Positions 37,004 to 46,800 of a DNA stretch of 64,000 nucleotides are shown one piece after another. The notes below the pieces were generated by a model. It did not search any database. It had not been told where the DNA came from and was given only the letters and a program-made list of their open reading frames with translations. The stretch lies in the IMG/VR virus record IMGVR_UViG_3300020442_000005, positions 1 to 64,000 of that record; one strand, written 5' to 3'. Position 1 is the stretch's first letter. Every line of letters starts with the position of its first letter. A program made the translations under genes and the position numbers.

Positions 37004-38929
37004 ATGTCGTCTAATTTTTTAGATATTATTAAAAAACAAAGAAAAAAATCAAAGGACAAGAAGTTCGAGGGAACGTTTCTGGAATATCTAGAGCTAGTTC
37101 GTGAAAACCCAGACATCGCAAAGCATGCGCATAAAAGATTGTATGATGCTATAAGAAGCCAGGGAGTACGAGAAATTTCAGATGAAGATCCACGTAAACG
37201 AAAAATTTTCGATAACGAGGCTGTTAGAGTATATGAATACTTCGACAAAGAATTCTTTGGAATGGAATCGGTCATTGAAAAGATTATGCGTTTTCTTAAA
37301 GGAGCTTCCTTACGCGGTGAAGAGTCACGACAAGTGCTTTTGCTGATGGGACCGGTTGGAGCGGGTAAGTCTGCTTTGACAGAACATATCAAGTCAGCGC
37401 TGGATGGTTTATCTTACTACCATCTAAAAAATGATCCGCAGCGAGGAGAACCACTACAATTGTTGCCAAGGTCTCTTCGAAAGCAGTTTGAAGATCTGTT
37501 GAGTGTAAAGATCGATGGAGACATATCTCCTGTTGCAAGATGGAATCTCCTAAATGAATATAGTGGCAAATACGAGAACTTCGATGTAGTCCAGTCGACT
37601 TTTTCTCAAAGAGGGCGCCGCGGCATTGCCTCTGTTCCACCTATGGATGCAAATTCTCAAGACGTCTCTGTGTTAATTGGAAGTGAAGACATATCTAAAC
37701 TTGATAAGTTCTCTGAGGACGATCCTCGTGTGCTTAATCTAACCGGTGCCTTTAACGTTGGGAATCGGGGACTAGTTGAACTGATTGAGGTATTCAAGAA
37801 TGAGATCGAGTTTTTACACACTATTATTACGGCAACGCAGGAAAAACGCGTTCCTGCTCCGGGTAAGCATGATATGGTCTTCTTTGATGGTGTTATCCTG
37901 GCTCACTGTAATGAAAGCGAATGGAATCGATTTAAGTCAGAGCATACCAACGAGGCAATCCTGGATCGTGTTGTTAAGATCAACGTCCCATACGTGTTAG
38001 AGCTTGACCAAGAAGTAAAAATTTACGAAAAAATACTTTCAAAGTCAGACTTCAAAGCGCATATAGCTCCGCATACTATCAAAGTGGCTGCAATGTTTTC
38101 CGTCATGTCGCGACTTAAGTCAACCGGAAAATGTGACTTGCTAACAAAGATGAAAATCTACAACGGCGAAGACGTGATTGAAAAGGGTAGAGTAAAGAAA
38201 ATTGATATAATGGATCTGAAAGAGGAAGTCCGAGACGAAGGGATGACCGGCATCTCTACAAGATTTATATCAAAGGCAATTGACCACGCGTTAACTGATC
38301 ATTCTAAGCAATGTGTTACTCCTATCGGCGTGATGAAATCGCTCACTAAAATGGTAAAAGAGCAGATAGTTGATAATGACTTCCGTGAGCACTGCCTTGA
38401 AATCATTCAGAAGATTGTCAGAGAAGAATATCTTCGCATCCTAGAAACAGAGATTGCAAAGGCATTTATCACTGCGTATGAGGAACAAGCTCAGTCACTT
38501 TTTGACACTTATCTTGACAATGCAGAAGCCTATACGACTAAGAGAAAAATAAGAGATGATGTTACGGGCGAAGAAAGAAACGTCGATGAAAAGTTTATGA
38601 AATCAATTGAAGAAGTAATCGGCATCACTGGATCTTCTCGTCAAGGATTTAGATCTGATGTGACAGCTTACATGTTTGCAAAAATCAGGCACGGCGAAAA
38701 AGTCGATTATACTTCATATGAGCCGTTGAAAGAAGCAATCGAAGCATACCTTATAAACTCGGTAAAAGATATGGCTAGAATTGTTACTAAATCAAAATCA
38801 CGTGATGACGACCAAAAGAAAAAGTATAGCGATATGGTAGAAACACTTATTGAAGAATACGGATACAACGAACATAGTGCCGAAGAGATTCTACGTTATG
38901 CATCTAATAATCTTTGGAGAGATTCCTAA
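37004..38929 (+). CDS. prkA: PrkA/YeaG AAA+ ATPase (serine kinase family)
   Basis: FFGME.VIEKI, GPVGAGKS, G.FNVGNRG, EAILDR, GISTRF. Confidence 0.95.
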   Translation: MSSNFLDIIKKQRKKSKDKKFEGTFLEYLELVRENPDIAKHAHKRLYDAIRSQGVREISDEDPRKRKIFDNEAVRVYEYFDKEFFGMESVIEKIMRFLKGASLRGEESRQVLLLMGPVGAGKSALTEHIKSALDGLSYYHLKNDPQRGEPLQLLPRSLRKQFEDLLSVKIDGDISPVARWNLLNEYSGKYENFDVVQSTFSQRGRRGIASVPPMDANSQDVSVLIGSEDISKLDKFSEDDPRVLNLTGAFNVGNRGLVELIEVFKNEIEFLHTIITATQEKRVPAPGKHDMVFFDGVILAHCNESEWNRFKSEHTNEAILDRVVKINVPYVLELDQEVKIYEKILSKSDFKAHIAPHTIKVAAMFSVMSRLKSTGKCDLLTKMKIYNGEDVIEKGRVKKIDIMDLKEEVRDEGMTGISTRFISKAIDHALTDHSKQCVTPIGVMKSLTKMVKEQIVDNDFREHCLEIIQKIVREEYLRILETEIAKAFITAYEEQAQSLFDTYLDNAEAYTTKRKIRDDVTGEERNVDEKFMKSIEEVIGITGSSRQGFRSDVTAYMFAKIRHGEKVDYTSYEPLKEAIEAYLINSVKDMARIVTKSKSRDDDQKKKYSDMVETLIEEYGYNEHSAEEILRYASNNLWRDS

Positions 38930-39111
38930 TGACTAAAATTACGATAGGCATGCCTGAGTTTTTACTTGCATATAGTTTTTGTATGTACAACGTCTCATGG
39001 GGATTGTCCGTTTTAACGCTTACAATTGCGGTAATCAGCAGATTAGCAAGCACACTGGTGGATTATGGTGACAAAAAACAAGATGGTTTGGTCAGCGACC
39101 AAATCAAATGA
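38929..39111 (+). CDS. Small membrane protein
   Basis: TAATG coupling; hydrophobic core. Confidence 0.55.
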   Translation: MTKITIGMPEFLLAYSFCMYNVSWGLSVLTLTIAVISRLASTLVDYGDKKQDGLVSDQIK

Positions 39112-40297
39112 TTTCGAAAACATAGTTCATGATATAAAAAAGCTTTCCACTTCTGGAATATACTCATCACAAAACGTGTTTTTCAAGAACGATGTTTTTA
39201 ATTACATACGTTCCCTAGAGTCCGATTCAAGTCTGGACTATGCAAAAAGAAACATCATTCTTGATACACTGCTTTGCGCAAGAAAATACTCACCCGGAAC
39301 AGAAGTATTGTTGGCTGATATGATTGTATCAGCCGACTCTTATAACAACGAAAGAGTGTGTCGAATAAGTTCCGGCGAAGCTGCCAGTCTTACAAAGTCA
39401 AAGATTCAAAATCGGGAAGCCCAGCGTATATTTCAATCGATAGTTGATTTAATGGGTACTACTGGGCGTATTCATATCACTGAAGAACCCATCGCGTCAA
39501 CAGAGATTAAGCTCAGTGAAGGATGCGAAATAAACATTACGATAGACCATAGATTTGCGGCTCAGTCAAATGTAAAAAATATAAAATTTGATTTTGTTAA
39601 AGTATGCATTATTGAAGGCGCACCAGCTTCAGTTTCTGAAATAAATAAACTTCTTACTCACTGTCATGAAAACAACACGGTGCTTCTTCTGTTAGCAAGA
39701 TCTTTTCCAGAAGAAGTAATCAACACCTTATCAGTTAATTGGAACAGCAAAAAACTGAGGGTTATGCCCTACGTATATGGTGACAGCGTTTACAATATTA
39801 ATTCACACGCAGATCTCGCTGCGGTGTCCGGTGCCATTCCTGTATCGCAAATGTTTGGTGATTCACTGTCTTCAGATTTAACAGAAAAATTTGGTTCACT
39901 GTTGCAGTTTGTTAACCACGGAAAAAAAGTAACAGCCAGACCGACCTGTGATCCAAAAAGATTAATCAATGACTTAAAAACAAAATTGAGTAAGGTCGAC
40001 TGGTCAAATCATGACAGTGTTGAAATTATAACCAGAAGAATATCGGCATTATCAGACAAAACTTTGTATGTGAAAATTGCAAAATCACAAGAATCCTGGC
40101 GAATAAAAAATGAAGTAGATATTGCAATTGCTCAGTACAACAGCTATTGTAGGAAGACAATTGTCGTAAAAAGAAACGGAAAATTAGAAAAATTACCTTA
40201 TGACATTTACAAAAAAGCAACCGAACTGCAGAATACTTTTAGAACGCTGACAGAAAAAATAGGTGGCTTTATTGTTTACTGTGATAAAAAACATTGA
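39065..40297 (+). CDS. Divergent, shortened GroEL-like chaperonin
   Basis: IVDLMGTTGRIHITE..EIKLSEG ~ GroEL AMDKVGKEGVITVED..ELDVVEG; apical LLLLARSFPEEVINTLSVN; DLAAVSGA. Confidence 0.75.
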   Translation: MVTKNKMVWSATKSNDFENIVHDIKKLSTSGIYSSQNVFFKNDVFNYIRSLESDSSLDYAKRNIILDTLLCARKYSPGTEVLLADMIVSADSYNNERVCRISSGEAASLTKSKIQNREAQRIFQSIVDLMGTTGRIHITEEPIASTEIKLSEGCEINITIDHRFAAQSNVKNIKFDFVKVCIIEGAPASVSEINKLLTHCHENNTVLLLLARSFPEEVINTLSVNWNSKKLRVMPYVYGDSVYNINSHADLAAVSGAIPVSQMFGDSLSSDLTEKFGSLLQFVNHGKKVTARPTCDPKRLINDLKTKLSKVDWSNHDSVEIITRRISALSDKTLYVKIAKSQESWRIKNEVDIAIAQYNSYCRKTIVVKRNGKLEKLPYDIYKKATELQNTFRTLTEKIGGFIVYCDKKH

Positions 40298-40339
40298 ATA
40301 ATAACTTATGAGCAATAATTATAACAAGGAGTATAAAAA

Positions 40340-40567
40340 ATGCCAAAAACAAAAGAACAGACAGCAAAAGAAAACGCTGTAAAAACATATCGTGAAGTAT
40401 CTGCAGTTTTTAAAACCAATCTTATTCAAGATGTAAATACAGCATTTACGCAGGGTACGGTAAACATTGAGGACAATGAAAAAGACAGATTTCTAAGTTT
40501 GTTGAGTAATCTTATTGATGTACATCAAGCCAATGGCCACGAGCAATTTACACGACTCAACAAATAG
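40340..40567 (+). CDS. Hypothetical protein
   Basis: AAGGAG RBS. Confidence 0.7.
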   Translation: MPKTKEQTAKENAVKTYREVSAVFKTNLIQDVNTAFTQGTVNIEDNEKDRFLSLLSNLIDVHQANGHEQFTRLNK

Positions 40568-40575
40568 ATAATACA

Positions 40576-41034
40576 GTGGAAGGGTACAAGCATCTTATAG
40601 AATGTCATTGCGTTTTACCGCAATACAGAAGCGCAAAAAATCCGCCATGGCATAAATTTGTTGTATTCAGTACAATTGATGATGGTGATACTGTAGTACC
40701 AAAGCATGCAAAATGCAACAACTGTGGTGTAGTTCACAACGTGTTCGATATAGGTAAATCTGAAATACTTCCAGGCCAAGAAACAGGGGCAGTTATGGAT
40801 ATTGATGATGTGAAAATAATGATGCCGGATTCTCTAAATAGAATGTTGTCAACATACAACTGCGATATCGCTACGTGGGAAAATGTGCTTTTTGTTTTAC
40901 AGCATAATAAGTTCCCAAGTAGTATAGTTTTAGATAGGAACGAAGAGAATGGTGTAATTTCCGGAAAAATACTGGATATGAAAGATTACGCAGTGTACTC
41001 TATAAGGCCATATTCTGGCAAGGTTGAGACATGA
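40576..41034 (+). CDS. Hypothetical protein with possible Zn ligands
   Basis: CHC ... CNNC..H; GTG start. Confidence 0.7.
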   Translation: MEGYKHLIECHCVLPQYRSAKNPPWHKFVVFSTIDDGDTVVPKHAKCNNCGVVHNVFDIGKSEILPGQETGAVMDIDDVKIMMPDSLNRMLSTYNCDIATWENVLFVLQHNKFPSSIVLDRNEENGVISGKILDMKDYAVYSIRPYSGKVET

Positions 41035-41273
41035 AAAGATTAAATAAAAATGACGAATTAGAGATTGAAGACAGATCAAAAGCTAGAGAAATTATACAGG
41101 TAATTTTGGATTATGGAATCAACCAGAACCAAATTTATCACATGATTTATTTATTGGCTTTAGAGCTGGAAAAAGTTGACGACATGAAAGATATTACAAA
41201 GTTGGTAACAAAGTTAACAAACACAACAAACAACAAAACAACTGGTCTTATAACAACAGGAGATGAACCATGA
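41031..41273 (+). CDS. Hypothetical helical protein
   Basis: ATGA coupling on both sides. Confidence 0.7.
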   Translation: MKRLNKNDELEIEDRSKAREIIQVILDYGINQNQIYHMIYLLALELEKVDDMKDITKLVTKLTNTTNNKTTGLITTGDEP

Positions 41274-41467
41274 GTAATCCAGTAATTGAAAAATGGCAAG
41301 AGCTAAAAGTTCTTATGGAATCTATCGATTTAGATGTACATAAAAACGCAAACGGAAATGCATCCGCCGGCGTGCGTGCACGCAAAGGCCTAAGATTGCT
41401 TAAAACGCAAGCTGCAGATTTAGTTAAGCTTACTGTCGAATTAGACAAGGCAAAAAAAACTAAGTAA
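41270..41467 (+). CDS. Histone H1-like Hc1-family small protein
   Basis: GNASAGVRARK motif, basic, 65 aa. Confidence 0.75.
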   Translation: MSNPVIEKWQELKVLMESIDLDVHKNANGNASAGVRARKGLRLLKTQAADLVKLTVELDKAKKTK

Positions 41468-41519
41468 GACTAAGTTTTTAGTCTTTGCAAATAAATGGAG
41501 ATCTTTGATCTCCATTTTT
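41466..41519. terminator. Tandem hairpins / bidirectional terminator between convergent genes
   Basis: AAGACTAA-GTTT-TTAGTCTT and AAATGGAGATC-TTT-GATCTCCATTT. Confidence 0.85.
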
Positions 41520-41544
41520 AGTTTTTACAGCATAATTATTAATA

Positions 41545-41799
41545 CTAACAATCGATCTTGAATACGTACTCTCGTATTTTTTTAAGAGCAGATTTTTCAA
41601 TTTGGCAAATGCGCATTCTAGTTAAACCACATAAATCACCTATCTGCTGCAAAGTCCTAGGACCTTCTCGAGACGCAATGATCGTACAATTATTAAACTG
41701 TTTACATGCCATCCACTGTCGACAAGACTTGTTTTGGCATGATTTATTATTATTCAAATGCTCTTTGAAGCATGTTTTGTTATTTAAGACTTTATCCAT
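41545..41799 (-). CDS. Stand-alone sigma70 region-4 HTH protein with Cys-rich N-terminus
   Basis: RTLQQIGDLCGLTRMRICQIEKSALKKIR matches sigma r4 TLEE.G..F.VTRERIRQIE.KALRKLR; GGAGG RBS. Confidence 0.85.
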   Translation of the reverse strand: MDKVLNNKTCFKEHLNNNKSCQNKSCRQWMACKQFNNCTIIASREGPRTLQQIGDLCGLTRMRICQIEKSALKKIREYVFKIDC

Positions 41800-41822
41800 T
41801 CAAACCTCCGGATACAATATTA

Positions 41823-41851
41823 ATTGTAACCAGGAAAAACAATTTGTACGA
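41823..41851 (-). promoter_or_regulatory. Promoter TCGTAC-N17-TACAAT (minus strand)
   Basis: 17-nt spacer, upstream of the sigma-r4 gene. Confidence 0.55.
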
Positions 41852-41859
41852 GGAAAAAA

Positions 41860-43218
41860 ATGAGTAGAAAAATATTCGTTGTTGATACATCAGTTATGCT
41901 TTATGATAAGCTAGCAATTCATCAGTTTAATGGTAACGACATTGTACTACCACTTTGCATTCTGGAAGAACTCGATAAGTTCAAAGAAAAAAGTGGACTC
42001 CTTGGAGAATCCGCGCGATATGTAAATAGATACTTAGATGCACTCAGAGACTCTGAAAAAGATTCTGCGGCATGGAGCATCTCCCCAGAAAACGACATTA
42101 GATATAAATTTGTTACAAAATCATTAAAGTCTTTTATTCCGGAAGGTCTAGACACAAGCTACACAGACAATCAAATAATCGCATGCGCAAAATACTTAAA
42201 AGAAATGCATCCAAACAAGGTCGTCTTAGTTATCACTAAAGACATAAATCTTCGTGTAAAATGTGATGCTGTGGGTGTCGTTGCTGAAGATTATTTTAAA
42301 GACCACATTGAATCCGACGTAAAATCGTTGCGTGGCTATAGAGAGATAGAGGTAGATTCGACTGTTATCGATGAGTTTTACTCAGAGGGAAGTGTGAAGA
42401 TTGACTGTGAAGCCGATCAAAAAATAGAGGAAAATTGTTTTGTGATTGCAAAATCCAACTCTGGATCAGGTCAATCTTTTTTGGGAATCAACAAAGGTTC
42501 TAGTATTAAAAAACTAAACTATGAAATGAACGGCTTTATAAGTGTAGAGCCAAGAAATTCAGAGCAACGTTTTGCAATAGAGGCCTTACTTGATCCAAGC
42601 ATTTCACTTGTAACATTAACTGGCTTGGCAGGTTCCGGAAAGACTTTTTTGGCACTTATGGCTGGATTATACAAGTTACAAAACAGCAATCGCGGCGTAG
42701 GTGGTATCAAAATACCAGAAGAATTTGCTAACTTTTCAGACAATTATGACAGATTAGTAATTACTCGGACGTTGCAGCCTGTTGGTCGTGATTTAGGATA
42801 TTTACCTGGTAGCATGGAAGACAAAATGCAGCCATGGCTAATGCCCATACTAGATAACGTACGTCATGCATTTAAGGATATATCATATTTTAAAATGATG
42901 ATAGACAATGGCGAAATTGAAGTTGCTCCTATTCCATATATCAGAGGTCGTACTTTCACAAATTCTCTAGTATTGGTTGACGAAGCACAAAACGCAACAA
43001 TACATGAGCTCAAAACTATTATTACGCGTATAGGATCGGGATCAAAAATAGTATTACTAGGGGACATCGATCAAATCGATACGCCATATATTGACAGACA
43101 GTCTTCGGGTTTGAGCATAGTTATAGACAAGTTTCGTAATTCAAAATTGGCTGCTCACGTCAATCTGTCAAAAGGTCAAAGATCTGATTTGGCATCTGCC
43201 GCGGGTATGATTCTGTAA
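41860..43218 (+). CDS. phoH: PIN-PhoH ATPase (PhoH2/YlaK-like)
   Basis: VVDTSV, TKDINLRVK, GLAGSGKT, IRGRTF, DEAQN, GDIDQID. Confidence 0.93.
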   Translation: MSRKIFVVDTSVMLYDKLAIHQFNGNDIVLPLCILEELDKFKEKSGLLGESARYVNRYLDALRDSEKDSAAWSISPENDIRYKFVTKSLKSFIPEGLDTSYTDNQIIACAKYLKEMHPNKVVLVITKDINLRVKCDAVGVVAEDYFKDHIESDVKSLRGYREIEVDSTVIDEFYSEGSVKIDCEADQKIEENCFVIAKSNSGSGQSFLGINKGSSIKKLNYEMNGFISVEPRNSEQRFAIEALLDPSISLVTLTGLAGSGKTFLALMAGLYKLQNSNRGVGGIKIPEEFANFSDNYDRLVITRTLQPVGRDLGYLPGSMEDKMQPWLMPILDNVRHAFKDISYFKMMIDNGEIEVAPIPYIRGRTFTNSLVLVDEAQNATIHELKTIITRIGSGSKIVLLGDIDQIDTPYIDRQSSGLSIVIDKFRNSKLAAHVNLSKGQRSDLASAAGMIL

Positions 43219-43230
43219 AGGAGAAATAAA

Positions 43231-43569
43231 ATGGCTGGTACCGCTTTTAAAAGTGTTGATAAACAAAGGTTTAAAAAAATATATCCAGCACATCGATTCA
43301 AGCCTGTGCTTGTAAAACAAACAAACAAGGGATTAACTTTTGAATCTACGTCATTGCAATTTACTGAAGCTTCTGGTACTACCAGTCAAACATACACGTT
43401 TACGCAACAGTATGCCCAGCTGCCTAATGTAACTCATGGAATTAGATCAACCAATGGTGATATGGTACTAGTAAAAATAACATCACTTACCACATCATCA
43501 GTAACAATTGAGATATCTGCAGCTTTCGATGGAGCCATAGATTTACAAATTGTGGAGATTGAGCCATGA
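43231..43569 (+). CDS. Small beta-rich probable virion protein
   Basis: T/S-rich; AAGGAG RBS; precedes the fibre gene. Confidence 0.6.
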   Translation: MAGTAFKSVDKQRFKKIYPAHRFKPVLVKQTNKGLTFESTSLQFTEASGTTSQTYTFTQQYAQLPNVTHGIRSTNGDMVLVKITSLTTSSVTIEISAAFDGAIDLQIVEIEP

Positions 43570-43859
43570 CAATTGGCAATATACAGGGATATCTAGAAAC
43601 CGGGTTTGTTGATTTCACAGGCGAGACAATACAGACGGTTACGTTGCAGACTGCATCAAACGCAGGCAGAATAAACATAATGGTGTATGAAAACCAGCCT
43701 TTAGGCGCTTCGGCTAATACTGAGACAGATATACCTACCAGAAATCTTGGTAATATACAGATATCAGCACATCTTGTTACCAACTCAACAAATCAGTTTA
43801 ATATATCAACTAGCGCAGAATTTTATGGAAGAGTTATTTGGTTCGTAATGGCTGAATAA
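43566..43859 (+). CDS. Small beta-rich probable virion protein
   Basis: ATGA coupling; similar composition to 43231-43569. Confidence 0.6.
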   Translation: MTIGNIQGYLETGFVDFTGETIQTVTLQTASNAGRINIMVYENQPLGASANTETDIPTRNLGNIQISAHLVTNSTNQFNISTSAEFYGRVIWFVMAE

Positions 43860-43875
43860 CGAAAGGAGTTTTTTA

Positions 43876-46800
43876 ATGTCAAAAGATTTTAGAATCAAAC
43901 AATTGCGTACGACTCAGGTCATAGTATCGGGATCCGCTGTAGGAACTACCCCGAGTTTGCTAATTTATTCAGCATCGGCTGCAACCAATCTAGATGGAGG
44001 CGTTCATGCAGATTTGCTGACGTCAGTAGGAAAAGATGTCTGGATGTTTGTATCTGGTGCAAAAAACGACTCAGATCAGGCCCAAACGCTACACAGTGAC
44101 AAGATTTTATTCGGCGGTGACGTTGTTATATCGGGTACTCTATACGCTGAAAAACAAGTTTTAGAAGTTGATTATTCTCAAAAATCCGATCTTTTTCTAT
44201 CTGGCGCAATCGTATTCGGAGACCAAGGTGCCGCCGGCCAAGATGCTGGACAGGCAAGATTGCTAGAGTCGGTTGGTAACAATTCAGGTTCGTTGTTTAT
44301 ATCGACTGGATCTTTATATTTAGGCCTTAAATCATCCGGAAATTACGCAGAAACAGAGTTAACTCCTAAGGTTTATGTGGCCGCTAACGGTTTGGGAGAG
44401 CAAGTCGCGACTGCGACAAATACGTCTTTTAATCTAGATATTAACAATCTCACCGGATCTCTTACGCAGGCAACTATAGCTTCTGGTGATTTATTCGCAG
44501 TAGCAGATATTAATGCCGTAAATAACGAATCTAAAAAAATTACACTTGCAAACGTTGCACTTAAGCTTGCCGGCACCGGTTTAGAAGCGACGGATGGAGT
44601 GGTCGCAGTAGACCTGAACGATTCTGGCGCTGGAACGATCAATCTAACAAATGATAGTATTGTATTTATTGATGCAGATGATTCGAACGCAACGAAAAAA
44701 CAGACAATAAGTGCGGTTGCGACAGCCCAGGCCGGAGACGGAATACAGGCCACAAACGGTGTTTTTGCTGTTGACGTTTCTGATTTTGCTGGTGACGGAT
44801 TGTCCGATGACGGTTCAGAAAATTTAAAAGTCGATCTCAACTCGCTAGCCACATCCGCAGCAATTAACCAAGCAGATTCAATTGCGTTCATTGACTCAGA
44901 CAATGTAACTAAAAAGGGCACAATCGATTCTCTTGTAACGGCAATTGCAGGATCTGGATTATCAAACACATCAAGTCAGCTAGCTTTAACAAGTAACGAA
45001 GTGACTGTCACGGCTGGTGACGGACTAAAAGGAGGAGGTGGCGTCAGCCTCGGAGGTTCCGTAACAATAAACGTTGAACCCAATGATTTTGCTGGTACTG
45101 GCCTAGAAGATGACGGATCGGACAATTTGCGAATAGCCGCTTCAGCAGCGGGTGACGGTCTAAGCGGTGGAGGTGGATCTGCTCTTGCTGTCTCTACGGG
45201 AACTGGCCTTAAAATCGTTGGTGATAACGTCGCGACCGACGATAGTGTAGTTGCACATCTGACTGGATCAGTTTTTACAGGTGTTGTTCAGTTTGACAAT
45301 ACCGTAAATGTCGCAGCTGATATTGCACATGCTGGTGGCGATACAGACACAAAAATTACATTTAATACCGATAGAGTGACTGTAACTGCAGGAAATGTAA
45401 ATGCGATTGACGTTATTGAGGACGGTTCGAATTCAGAAGTGGTTATCAACGAAACTGGTGATGCTACAATGGATTTTAGGGTCGAAACAGACAATCTGCA
45501 AAAGGCAATCTACACTAATGCCGAAATGGATTATGTGACCATAGGGGATGACGTCGGCGTAAAACAGGACATGCATCTGTTTGTTTCGGGTACCATCGGA
45601 GGTGTCGGTACCGAAGGTGTCGCTGTATTCGGAGGCGACGTTGTAGTAAGCGGTTCATTACTTGATGGTAGTCATAATCCAATAAAATTGTTGTCCTACA
45701 ATGAAAACGGTACATTCACAACTCCTCCAAATGCCACCGGGACAAATGCCGTTGCGATAGGTAATAACGCTGTTGCTAGTGGAAACAACTCTATAGCAAT
45801 GGGTACAAGCACGACAAACCAAACAGACGCTACAGGGATTCACTCACTAGCGATTGGAGGTGACGATGCAACAGCTTCCGGCCAGTATGCTTCCGCGATT
45901 GGTGGTTATCAAAATACATCCAGTGGAAATTATTCCGTCACTATGGGTCGCGGGAACACAGCTTCGGAATCTGATGCAATTGCAATTGGTAAGTCACTAA
46001 CCGTTAATACCGCTGACACTATAGCTATTGGAAACAGTTCAGACAATGCATCCATACAACTAAAGGGCAACGTTGCTGTCGAGGGAACATCAACTTTGGA
46101 AGGAGACGTAACCCTTGGTAATACTGCTGATTTAATTATTCCTACGTTTATAAAACACAAATCAGATCTTAATACTTATATTCAGTATAACACTGACCGT
46201 ATAAGACTGGTTACTAATGGTGCAACAGATGTCGACATTACGACAAATCAGATTTTACTCACCCCTGGAGCTGACGGTACACCAACAGAATCAGCAGGTT
46301 TGGACGTCGCATTTTATGTCTCTGGTTCTGTCGCCACTCAAGGTACCACAGTCCGGGCAACATCACTCTTCGGTGGCGATGTGCACGTCTCTGGTTCTTT
46401 ATCTGGGCCTGACTCCTTTACTTTTGGAAACGATAACACAAGGATATTTAGAGACGGCAATAATCTAAAATTTGATGATGGCAACAACACAGTAAAAACA
46501 TTATCAGAACTAGCAACCGTTCCGGGCGAAGGTGCATTTATAAATGGCGTACACGGTGGTTCAAATAACTCTAAAGCCGCAACCTCAGCATCGTTTGCGA
46601 TTGCTGGAACTCAGGGTGCTAGCTTCTATACTGAAAACATCGGATCTGATGTTTTGTTATATGTTTCTGGTGGTTTAAGATCTGATACTGCTGCATACGG
46701 AAAGACCGCGGCCGTGTTTGGCGGAGCAGTTGTGTTCTCAGGTTCAGCAACATATCTTGGTGAAACTAGTTTTAACGTTATAGAAGCAACGACTGCAATA

